The notes under the pieces are model-generated. The model was not told the DNA's origin and ran no database searches. It saw only the letters and a program-made list of their open reading frames with translations. Positions 10,363 through 22,700 of a stretch of DNA of 64,000 bases are shown piece by piece. Both the position numbers and the translations under genes were made by a program. Source of the DNA: Octopus sinensis (lineage: Eukaryota); NCBI RefSeq assembly GCF_006345805.1, contig NC_043005.1, forward strand, positions 49,166,001 to 49,230,000, read 5' to 3'. Each line of letters opens with the position of its first letter. Position 1 is the first letter of the stretch.

Positions 10363-13300
10363 ATATATATTATATATATTGTATATATATTACATATATA
10401 ATAATAATAATAAGATTAAGGAGTATAACTCCAAACTTACAGGGAAAAATTCAATTTAGTAGTTAATCAAATTTCACAATATAAATATATAATATATATA
10501 AATTGGAGAAAACCCACTATTATGCGATTCAAACAATGATAGACATAAACCAAATCATATATAAAAAATAAAATATATTTAAAACATATAACTAGATCAC
10601 AAAAAGTACAAAAATGAATAAACAATATATAAGTAAAAAGACTATGTACATTTCATGGCTATAATTTAAATTCGAATTACAATTAAATTTAAAATTATAG
10701 TCACTCCTCAGGTCAACAATAACAAATTGTTATTGAATTGTTTTTCAATTAAATTTAAATTTAAATGTAATTCGTTGACTAGGGCATTAAGTCTCACTTA
10801 GTAGCAGCATCTGACAGCACTGCCCTACTCGATAATAAAGGTGGCTAGCAGTGAAAAGGAGACAACACAACAGACACAACTTGATAAAAAATTATATATA
10901 TATTCAACTCACTTGTTTCTCAAAATTGATTGAGCCCATATATGGTAAAAGAGTGCCTGGCAGTCGATATCAGCTTCTTTCTAGAATTGATGAAATAAGA
11001 AAAATAAAGTTATTGGAGAGTCGGTTTTGATTCAATTTATTTGTAAAGAAAAACTATAGACAACATATTAAGAAATGAAGTAGCTGAGAACAATCTGAAT
11101 GTATAATATGAATGCAAGAAAAAAAAAAGACTGAATGCAGATGTATTCAGAAAACTGTTGGATATATTAGCTGCATTAGTAGGTGAAAACAATCAGAGAA
11201 GTGACAGTAGAATTTTGGACATTTGGTAGGTGAAGGCATGGCTGTGTGGCAAGAAGTTTGCTTTCCAACCACATGGTATCAGGTTCAGTTCCACAACAAG
11301 GCACCTTAGGCAAGTGTCTTCTACTACAGTCTCCGGCTGACCAAAGCCTTGTGAGTGGATCTGATACATAGAAACTGAAAGAAGCTCATTGTACATGTAT
11401 AATTGTGCATGTGTCAGGGAACATATGTTTGTCTCTCCTTGTCTTGACATTGCCTGATAGTTGTAAAATGACTGTCATTATCATACAAGCAGTGCCATTC
11501 ACATTCTGCAAGAATATGTTTGGCCTTTGGGAAATATTACCTTGCTTGGAAACAGGTGGAGTTAGCAACAGGAAGAGCATCTGTCTGTAGAAAACTTGCC
11601 TCAATAAACTCTGCCCAATCCTTGCATGCATGGAAGAGTTAGCATTAAAATGAAATGATGACTATGATAATGATGGTAATGATCTATGGTGTGTATACAG
11701 AGTAAAAAGTTTCATAAATTGGTATCTGATAGTCACTAAGTCATATTACACTCACCCCAAGTCACCATTGATTGAGCAAATCTATGACCCAAGCAATTCC
11801 AGTCATGACCAAAACAATGGTGCTGGTACCATGTAAAAAGCACCCAGAACACTCCGTAAAGAGGTTGATGTTAGGAAAGGCATCCAACTGTAGAAACCAT
11901 GCCAAAACAGATAACAATGGAACCTAGTGCAGCCCACACCCTTACCAGCCCCTGTCAAACTGTTAAACCCATGCCAGCATGGAAAAAGACAGATGATAAT
12001 GATGTATATCAGGGAGTACATTTGTTCAAGGGAGTCCTTCATATTTAGATGGTAATGAGTATTGTCTGATATTTCTAACAGCTCACATAACAACAGAGCA
12101 GGCATGAGCAACATTTCTCAACTTGGTTCATCGTCAGGTGAGCTGCACTTCTAAAGATAAGTTATGGTAATTTTTTTCATTAGGCATGCCATTCAGAAAG
12201 TCCCATGGGCCGTAGGTTGCCCATGACTGACAGAGAGTTTCCTTCGCTGACTTATCAAGATGATGTAGAATGATGTGGTTTTAACAAAACCCATGTGTTA
12301 ACACTACATGAAACTAACAAACGAGAGAGAGTGAGGGACATCTGGTGAGGTGTAATATTAGAGTCCTAGTCATACATACATACACGGTAAAATAAAAAGG
12401 AAAACAGAAAAATCAAAATAAAAATACGATTTCAAAACAGTTGTAATGATGATGGCAGAAATAACATTTTCCACCCAATGTCAAACATAATGCTCCTGGT
12501 GTGCTCTTTCAGATAAATCCTCCAAGACTTTAGACCCATAGTTCTCAATCACAGCTTCCCAGTGGTGTTCTCTCGAATATTATACATTTTTCATTTAATT
12601 GACTTGTGTTTTACATTTTCTGGTGCAACCCCCTAAAAAAATCCAGGTTTAGGATCTGGCCCAGATATTAACCCTTTAGCATTCAAGCATTTGGGCCATA
12701 TCCAGCCCAAATATTACTATACTACTTGTTTTTTTGTTTTTTTTATCTCAAACTAGCTAGATCCAGCTTCTCAGAGCAGACCATGTCATTCTAAAAATTA
12801 ACAATCCCTTCATTGAAATCTCAAAGCTGTGAGATAATGTAGGATTAATTCAAAACAATGTGAATAAATAAGCAATACACATGATGAAAAAAAAATCTGA
12901 ATGCTAAAAGGTTAAAAAGGTTGATAACCCCTGCTTTAGACTGTGACAACTAGGTACGCATTCTCTTTTAGAAATATTAATTTCATAATAATTGTGCACC
13001 TTGCCATCCAACACATGCAACTATCACAAAAATTAGGTGCTAATAGGCCTTTTTTTTTTGAGAAGTAGGGAGCAGGTTGAATATTTGAGCCAAGCACGAC
13101 CAGTTTAAATGTTAAACAGCATTTTATGAAGAAAACTAAACGATATAGGCGCAGGAGTGGCTGTGTGGTAAGTAGCTTGCTTACCAACCACATGGTTCCG
13201 GGTTCAGTTCCACTGCGTGGCATCTTGGGCAAGTGTCTTCTGCTATAGCCTCGGGCCGACCAAACCCTTGTGAGTGGATTTGGTAGACGGAAACTGAAAG

Positions 13301-14011
13301 AAGCCTGTCCTATATATGTATGTGTGTGTATGTTTGTGTGTCTGTGTTTGTTCCCCTAGCATTGCTTGACAACCGATGCTGGTGTGTTTACGTCCTCGTC
13401 ACTTAGCGGTTCGGCAAAAGAGACCGATAGAATAAGTACTGGGCATACAAAGAATAAGTCCTGGGGTCGAGTTGCTTGACTAAAGGTGGTGCTCCAGCAT
13501 GGCCGCAGTCAAATGACTGAAACAAGTAAAAGAGTAAAAAGAGAGTAAAGAGATATAAAAAAAAACGATACCAAATAGAATACATACTTGTTTTACAAAT
13601 GAAATGAGATCCAGAGCCATTTTGAAGTGGTACTCGGTAGCTTGTAGATTATCTTCATGAATATAGAGCTGTCAAAATGAAGAGAAACTGATTTCATTAC
13701 ATTTGTTTAAATATTTCAATGTGGAAATGCTATATGTGAAAAGCTTCAGGCTTTCAGAGAATCTCATTTCACACTACTCAACAATAGTTTTCAATTCCAA
13801 CAGTCTGTTTCAGATTTACTGTCATCAGACAGTCTTCATACATTCCCCATAAATCTAGAACAAATTTCAGGACAAGATTTTGACTATTTCAATACCTTTT
13901 ATAATCTTAGGTGGCTGTGTGGTACCTTGGGTAAGTATTTTCTGCTATAGTCCTGGGCCGACCAAAGCCTTGTGATTGGATTTGCTAGATAGAAACTGAA
14001 AGAAGACAACC

Positions 14012-14065
<54 letters not shown>

Positions 14066-14490
14066 TCGTTCGTTTAACGTTCGCTTTCCATGCTAGCATG
14101 GGTTGGACGGTTCAACTGGGGTCTGGGGAGCCCGAAAGCTGCACCAGTCCAGTCAGATCTGGCAGTGTTTCTACAGCTGGATGCCCTTCCTAACGCCAAC
14201 CACTCCGAGAGTGTAGTGGGTGATTTTATGTGCCACCGACACAGGTGCCAGACGAGGCTGGCAGACGGCCACGCTCGGATGGTGTTTTTTATGTGCCACC
14301 GACACAGGTGCCAGACGAGGCTGGCAGACGGCCACGCTCGGATGGTGTTTTTTATGTGCCACCGACACAGGTGCCAGATGAGGCTGGCAGACGGCCACGC
14401 TCGGATGGTGCTTGTTACGTGCCCACAGCACGGAGGCCAGTCGATGCGGTACTGGCTACGGCCACGTTCAGATGGTTTTCTTTATATATA

Positions 14491-14528
<38 letters not shown>

Positions 14529-14944
14529 TCGTTCGTTTAACGTTCGCTTTCCATGCTAGCATGGGTTGGACGGTTCAACTGGGGTCTGGGGAGCCCGAAA
14601 GCTGCACCAGTCCAGTCAGATCTGGCAGTGTTTCTACAGCTGGATGCCCTTCCTAACGCCAACCACTCCGAGAGTGTAGTGGGTGATTTTATGTGCCACC
14701 GACACAGGTGCCAGACGAGGCTGGCAGACGGCCACGCTCGGATGGTGTTTTTTATGTGCCACCGACACAGGTGCCAGACGAGGCTGGCAGACGGCCACGC
14801 TCGGATGGTGTTTTTATGTGCCACCGACACAGGTGCCAGATGAGGCTGGCAGACGGCCACGCTCGGATGGTGCTTGTTACGTGCCCACAGCACGGAGGCC
14901 AGTCGATGCGGTACTGGCTACGGCCACGTTCAGATGGTTTTCTT

Positions 14945-15002
<58 letters not shown>

Positions 15003-15479
15003 CTTTCTCACTTCCCGAGCATTAAACTAATACATCTGTTTGTTGTTTACACACCCTTCTTCGCCTTTGGGGGGGGGGGGGGTTGTAAATTCTCACTATA
15101 TATATATATAATATATATAAATTTAAATAATGAGGGAGATAAATTGAATATTAATTTAATTAATATCAATTTAAAACCAGTAGCCTAGTATATAAAAAAA
15201 TCTGAAAAATCAGAAAAAATTTCTAGCATCCATGTCAGTGACACGTAAAAGCACCAACCGATTGTGGCCATTTACCAGCCTGCTCTGGCTCCTGTGCCGG
15301 TGGCACATAAAAAGCACCCACTACACACACGGAGTGTTTGCCATTAGAAAGGGCATCCAGCTGTAGAAACACTGCCAAATCAGACTAGAGCCTGGTACAG
15401 CCTCCATGGCTTACCAGACCCTGGTCAAACCGTCCAACCCATGCTAGCATGGAAAACGGACATTAAATGATGATGATGA

Positions 15480-15525
<46 letters not shown>

Positions 15526-18500
15526 GAAGGAAAATAGGAGGTGTGAGATGAATATATTTATTTCACTAGTTGATATCCACAGGATGACAGCTGTTTCATT
15601 GATGTAACCATCATATTCTGTTGATCTGAAGAGCTAACCTTCTATATCTGCAATTGTTTGTAAAATATATGATAGTACTATGTAATTTATAGCATACACA
15701 TGAGTGCAGACATGTAAAATAATTTATTAGACACTAAAATATATCATTTTTGCATGATGTTGGTTGCAATATGCCCATCATTCTATGAATACCAATTGGT
15801 GAAATAAACATATTCATCTCATACCTCCTGAAATAATCTTCACAGATTGGATTTAGTGGATTTCAACTGCATAGGACTCTACATTACATTCCTACATATT
15901 GGTTTATTATGTAGTTTATAACCTGGTCCACTAAAAGAGCTTTTTTATAATTACCACCGGATTATATAAATCCATGTATTGTGCATTAGATTTATAAATA
16001 TATTTATATCTAAGAGATCAGGATTCAAGAGAATCGGGCACTTAAATGGTAAGACACATGGTTGGGCCATAAAAATGCGTACACAACAAAAATTGAGGAA
16101 TACATATGTGGGTACCAAAATACAGACAGAAAGATATTCAGGTTATGCATACAAATAACTGTACCCAACTTAGTATATCATGCACTTTGAGGCTAAGCAG
16201 GAAACGCACATTGCACTAAATATATAATCCATAATATATATATTTCGGATCTATGCAAGGAGCAGGTTCTGAGAGAGGTGAATAATAAATAATGGATTGA
16301 TATATTATCCATCTGCTGTTAAATGTGTGTGTGTGTTACTATCTCCTTGTCTTGTCTTGAAATCTTGTGGTAGTTGTAAACGAGGTGCTACTGTAAAGCA
16401 CAGTGTGGTTTATCTCCAATATTCAGTGGAAATATATCTGGTTATGGGGAAATATTTCCTTCCTTGAAAACAAATGAGAGTTGGGGACAGGAAGAGCATC
16501 CAAGCATAAAAAAATCTACCCCAATAAATTCTGTCCAACCATGCATGTATGGAAAACTGGATGCTCTATGGCATGAGAACCAGAAACATGAGATGTTCTA
16601 GATTACAGGACGGTGCATCAGAGAAGATTGAGATGCTGTGAGAGAGAGAAGTGTGTACAATATATTTGCACTTAGTTATTCTGAAAAAGGTGCTACTATG
16701 AAAGGCAACAAAATGTGGAAAATGCATGGGAGAGTCTTCCTAGAGTAAACCTATCTGAGGGGCCAATATTCTAGTTGACAGTGGTATGATATATAAAGCT
16801 ATTAAGAACATAAAGACAGAGAAAGCCCCTAGTCTTCCAGGAACTACTGCTGAAATACTTGAAATGTCTAGTGGAGTGGAATACAGCCTAGTCATCTGTA
16901 TAGTTAATTATAGAATCATCAAATTGCTGGACCAGGTTGTGAAATTTATAGAAAGAGTTTATAGCTCAACTAATTGTAGTGAAAGTAAAACTAGATGAGA
17001 TGTAATTAGATTTCGTACCAGGGAGAAGTACTTCTGATGTTTTCTTTCTTGTGAGGCAAATGCAGAAAAAGTATTTTGTCAAAAGTAAGCTGCTGTCAAC
17101 CTGGAGAAAGTTTTCGACAGGGTCCCCTACTCCCTGATTTGGTGGTCACTGCAAGAATTACCATGACAGACAACCTCCCAATAAACCAATACAAGGGGAG
17201 ATTACTAAGATGTTCAAACAGTCACAATTTTAAAACGACTTTATTGGTAATAAAGAATACAGAATAGTTTTTCAAAAGGCGTTCTTGTGAGAGAAGAAAA
17301 CTATTTTACTATGCATTTTGCTCTAAAATACAGGTGTCAACTATAGGCTTTAAAATATAACGCAATGAATTACTGTTGCTCTATAGAAAACACGATTTTG
17401 TAAAGATTTTCTCTAAGCCTTCTAGTTATAGTGTGTGTTTATTTTGTGGCATAAAAGCATATGTGTTCAACACCCCACTTGTGTTAGAAATGTGTAGAGT
17501 ATGATACGTGTTTGTCATATGCAAGGTAAATAGGATTACATATCAAGACCTAATGACCTTATAGTTGACTGTACTCATTTTGATTAGTGAATTGAGTGCA
17601 AAAGCTTTAGTCCAAATGTGTAACTCTGCTTATCTTACATAACACACACACACATGCAGAGGTAGTTTAAGTATGTAAGAATAATGGAGTAGCACCAGAT
17701 TTAAAATCAGTGTGCCCATATCTGATTTAATAAATCCTTTCTACTGGAAGCATAAGGCCTTAAATTTGGGGGGAAGGATACTAAGTTTATCAACCCTGAA
17801 AGGATGAAAAGCAATGTCGACTTAGCAGAATTGGAACTCAAAACCTAATGGCAGATGAAATACCACTAAGCATTTCGCCTGGCATGCCAATGATTTTGCC
17901 AGCTTGCCGCCTTAATATAATATAATATAATGTCTAATATAATAAATGCGAAAACTAATTTCTGTGTGTCAGTATGTCACACTTTGACCCTCTTTCTCAC
18001 TATTCAATGACACTTCCTCGTGCTGGGGTGAGAGTAATAGTAGGCATAAAGATGGTGAGTGTGGTGGCGAAGACAGACAGACAAAAAGAGAGAGAGAAAG
18101 AAACAAAGAAATTTATTTTATATGTGTGTGTGTGTGTACATATATATGTATTAAAGAAAGCAAAAATAAAACAAAAATTTCTGTCAGAGACATGGTTAAA
18201 CAAAGTTGTACATCAGCTCTCTTTCTCTCACATACCCATTCTTTCTCTCTTTTATTATTACTCCCACTGCCACCATCAACACTACTACTTTGAAAAAAAC
18301 ATCATCAACTCTCCCTAAATTTCTGTCTCTCTCTCACTGTCTTCACCACCTCCTTCACCGTCTCTATGCCTACTATTACTCTCACCCCATCATGAGGAAT
18401 AGTAGGAGTGTCATTGAATAGTGAGACAGGGGGTCTAAGTGTGACACACAGCAATTAGTTTTCACATTTATTATATTAGATATAAGTCATAAGAACAAAA

Positions 18501-19734
18501 GGGAGGCATAGAATTAATAAATTCAGATATGGTATGAAGAGCTAAGGCTGACGATTCCTCACGAGCAAAGAATTACCAACCAATCTAACAGGTTTTTTCA
18601 TTAAAAATATTTACTAGTTGTCTGATAAGTTGTAGAAATCAGGAAAATAAAATCAATTTAAATACCAACTTGTTTTCCACAGCAAGGTCCTATTACTGTA
18701 TTTTCTAGCATACAAGTCGAATTTTTCAGGCCAAAATTTACTGCCAAAAAGGATAGGTCAACTTGTACAGCAAAATGACTTTGGAGGGCCAAAAAAATTC
18801 CATGTAAAATGTAGCAGGATTTATAAAGAGAGTGATGCCGTGTGCACAACATGATTTACAATATACACAACACTGACATGTATGTCAGAACATACAGTAG
18901 GTCAAAGAATTTTACAATTCATCAACAGAACCTAATGGCTATGGTTTTCCCCCTTCCATAGAGATACAACATTGAATAAACAGATTAAAAATAGAAATTA
19001 AAAATAGAATAGCTAAAACAATGCACTGGTTCTTGTTTAATTACTGAAGTTAAGCAATGTTGAGCATAATTAGTAATAGATGGGTGACCACTTGGGAAAC
19101 CTTGGTGCTGTAAGCATCACTTTTTTAATGATGATGCCCTATTATGGTCACAGGCTCTGACAGAGACAAGTAAAAGGTAAAAGGGTAAAGACCCCTTTGG
19201 TCACGAATGACCATGGGATTGTACCTAGAAAGTTACCCTCCAATTTACAAGTTCGGGCAAGGTTGTTTTATGTAAGGCCAGCAGTTGTCCATGCATACCA
19301 GCCTCTCCTTTCCACACCACTGACGTTATCCAAGGGAAAGGCAAACGCCAATAGAGCTTGGCACCAGTGACATTGTAACTCATTTTTACAGTTGAGTGAA
19401 TTGGAGCAACAGGAAATAAAGTGTATTGCCCAAGAACACAACACACAATTCGGTCTGGGAATCAAACTCACTACTTCGTGATTGTGAGGCTGACAAGCTA
19501 ACCACTAAGCCATGGACCTATAATGGTCACAGACTCTAGCAGAGACAAGTAAAAGAATTCAATCAGAACTGACCTGAATCATTTCATGAGGCAGTAGAAC
19601 TCTCATATTGTTAGGATCAATGCAAGTACTCTAGAATGGAACAGGAAAAAAATATTGATAGAACAAAAACAAGAAAAATCATCTAATATCAAATACAAAC
19701 ATAATTACTTTTTAAAAAAAAATCAAAGTATATG

Positions 19735-19783
<49 letters not shown>

Positions 19784-22700
19784 TTTAAGCATTATGAGAC
19801 AAATAAACCACATGTAGAACTCAATATACATGTTGATGATGTTCCCTATATAGGCACAAATGTAATTCTTTCCCAAATAAGTTCACATTAAGGTGTTATT
19901 CAGGCACTCAACTATGAGTCCACTGCATCTTATAGGCAAAAATAGCTGTAAGCTCACAAAGTTCATAAGATAATCGTTTATTCCTTTGTCATCACTTTTT
20001 CTTCATATAAATACTAGCAGTATCGCCCGGCGTTGCTCAGATTTGTAAGGGAAATAACTATATAAGCATTTTTAGAGATGTAAAGTATAATAGCCATCTC
20101 AATATGGCTAACCTCAAAGGGGGGGGGGGTTACTGTAGCTTTTTACGTTCTGAGATTTAATAATACATTTTTAGAGAGTTACTTCCCTTATATAATAGCA
20201 AAACAATGCATTAAAAACGGGGAAAAATGATGGAAAATTTTTTTTTAAATCGTAGACTCATGCTAATACCCAGAAGGGCTCGATATGAATCACGACTATA
20301 AGATATCTGCTTTTGGTTACACTGCACCGCAAAATGTGGGAGTAGTTAGGAATCTAAATCGTAGGAGACAGACACACAACTTCACTTTTATATATAAAGA
20401 TATATTAACTTCCTTTCTTTATCTACTAATTTCTCACTCTTGTTTTATAGCTTTTGTCCAATCTTCCCCACCCCACCAACCACCTTAACCTGCAATGGTC
20501 TAAATAGGGACCTCTCTGGTTTTAACAACACTGCAGGCAATGTTCTTTCCTTCACATGGTGCTTGTTTTACACGTTTGGTTGTTTTACTAATAATGTCCT
20601 AAGTGGCCTTGGGTCATTTATAACATATATTACTTCGCCATACTTTTATTTTTTATTTACATCTATCCATATAACAGTCTTAATAGCCTGCCCTTTGTTT
20701 TTAAATTTAACCGACTAATTATATTGAGAGCTGGACTTTGGTCAATCCCATTACAAACAATAGGTGGTTGGTCTTTACAATATATCAGCAAGTAAATAAA
20801 TCTAATTAATTGATAGGCATTTTATTTGGATAAAATATTAATTAGTACTATTAACATAATCTTAAGAACTATTATGATTACTTCTAGATGTTAAGGCACT
20901 ATCACTTCCTTTTTTTCTAGACCTATTAGCATATCCCTTTTATCCCTAAAGAAAGATTAACCCACCAATTAATATTTCTAGTTTTGTCATTTACTCAACG
21001 TCCTGAACTGTTACACTGCAAAATGGTATGATTTAAACATATTAAGCCTTCATTCCTTCTCGAGGTTCTTCCTCTTTTCTTTTTATGTATTTGTCTTCAT
21101 TCTGATGAAGCTCCATGGTCCAGATTGGATGTGTTACAAAATATGATAAGCATTATTCTCAGAATTTTCAATGGCAACACTGTAGGACATTGGAAGCAGA
21201 AATGGCTGTTAGATGGGATAAAGTTTTGTATCAAAAAAATAATAATTGATGTTAGTCAATTGTTGTTGATTTCTCCATTTTCTGTTTAATTTAAATTTGA
21301 TTCCTGATAAATTCTTGTTCTTTGTTCATTGCCTATATCCTACGAGCATAACATGCTTGCCTATGTATGCCCAGGGTAAACATAGGTAAATTATACTGGT
21401 AGTAAAAATAGATATTCTTATCCCTTAGACAGTTATTCCAACCACTAACTCTAACCTATATATATATATATATATATATATGCACTCAGTTTGAACTCAT
21501 TAAAGTAGGGACAGTACATACACACATACAAGTCACAAAATTAAAATAGTACCACTAACATTAAATTATCATTGTTGAATTTTTCAGACCAAAATTTACA
21601 CCCAACAAAAAAAAGGTATAGTTGACTTGTACATCAGGATGACTTTGTAAGAATAAGACCAAAAATTCCATGGGAAATGCAGCAGGATTTGGAAAGATAG
21701 TGACGATGTTTGAATGTTTACGCTACATACTATGTCAACTTGGCAGAAAAGATGGCAAAAACATATTTACCTGAAACACTTCCTGTGGAATCAGTTCTTG
21801 ATGTGTGATTAGAGCTTGTTCAGCATTAATTTCTGCAATATAGTTAATCAAATAATTACACTAAGATGAATATGAAATAGTATCTTTGACAGTTTTAGAA
21901 TGAAATAACTAGACTTGATGCTCTTTAACAAGAGTCTGCCTACATACACTGGCAAAGTCTTTAAAAAAAACAATGATGACTATAGTAGCTTTTTGCTGTC
22001 TGGAGTATTGATCTGTATTGCAATCATGGTATCTATTGACAGCGAGATAAAATGGATCATCAAAAATTGTGTATTGTTGTCAGTCACTGTATAGTGTTAA
22101 TAATAGGGTATAAAATGTAATCCCTTCAGCAAAAGTACCAGCAGGGTCAACTCTGAATGCAAGGTGGTAAGCTGGCAGAATTGCTAGCACACCAGACAGC
22201 ACTACTTAGCAGCATTTTATTTGTCTTTTATGTTCTAAGTTCAAATTCTGCCAAGGTTGGCTTTGCCTTTCATCCTTTCAGGGTCAATAAAATAAGTACC
22301 AGTCGAGTACTGGGGTAAATATAACCAACTAGCCTCCTCCTTCCGAATTTCAGGCCTTGTGCCTAGAGTAGAAGGGATTGTTACAATCTACATCATTAGA
22401 GTGTTGGACAAAATAGAATGTCAGTATTTAGTTATAATGCTTTGCGTTCTGAGTTCAAATCCCAGATATTGATACTGCCTTTCATCCTTCCTGGTTAGTA
22501 AAATAAGTACCATCAAAGTACCAAGGTCAAAATATTTGACTTAGTCCATCTCCACAAAATTTCTGCCTGGTGCTGCTTGCACATAAAATGCCCCTGTGCC
22601 TGTGCCAAATAAAAGCATCCGTATCCATGCCACATGAAACCACTTATACCTGTGCCATGTACAAAACACCCATTTCCATTCCACGGGAAAAGTGCCAGTG

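Noticed and set aside
12079-12143. Hammerhead-like CAGCTCAC-CTGACGA...GAAA on the minus strand
   Set aside because: No stem III or UH site; the apparent stem I crosses a hAT-MITE boundary and the core-like text is part of that MITE (also at 50700)
13796-13835. CTGATGA-CAGTAAATCT-GAAACAGACTGTT on the minus strand
   Set aside because: Stem II only 2 bp and no stem I; at best a heavily decayed relic
14228-14410. Repeat-spacer, CRISPR-like look of family B internal units
   Set aside because: Spacers are homologous to each other, context is a eukaryotic intron, no cas genes; it is a minisatellite
14090-15030. Long repetitive ORFs ([21 protein letters not shown])n
   Set aside because: Product of 63-bp in-frame VNTR units in duplicated retro-repeats; no splice or homology support
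15580-15620. GAAACAGCTGTC with a hairpin, minus strand
   Set aside because: CUGANGA core missing; only the 3' half of a hammerhead
20440-21300. Possible decayed retroelement region with CTGATGAAG at about 21102
   Set aside because: No interpretable peptide motif and no GAAA half of a hammerhead
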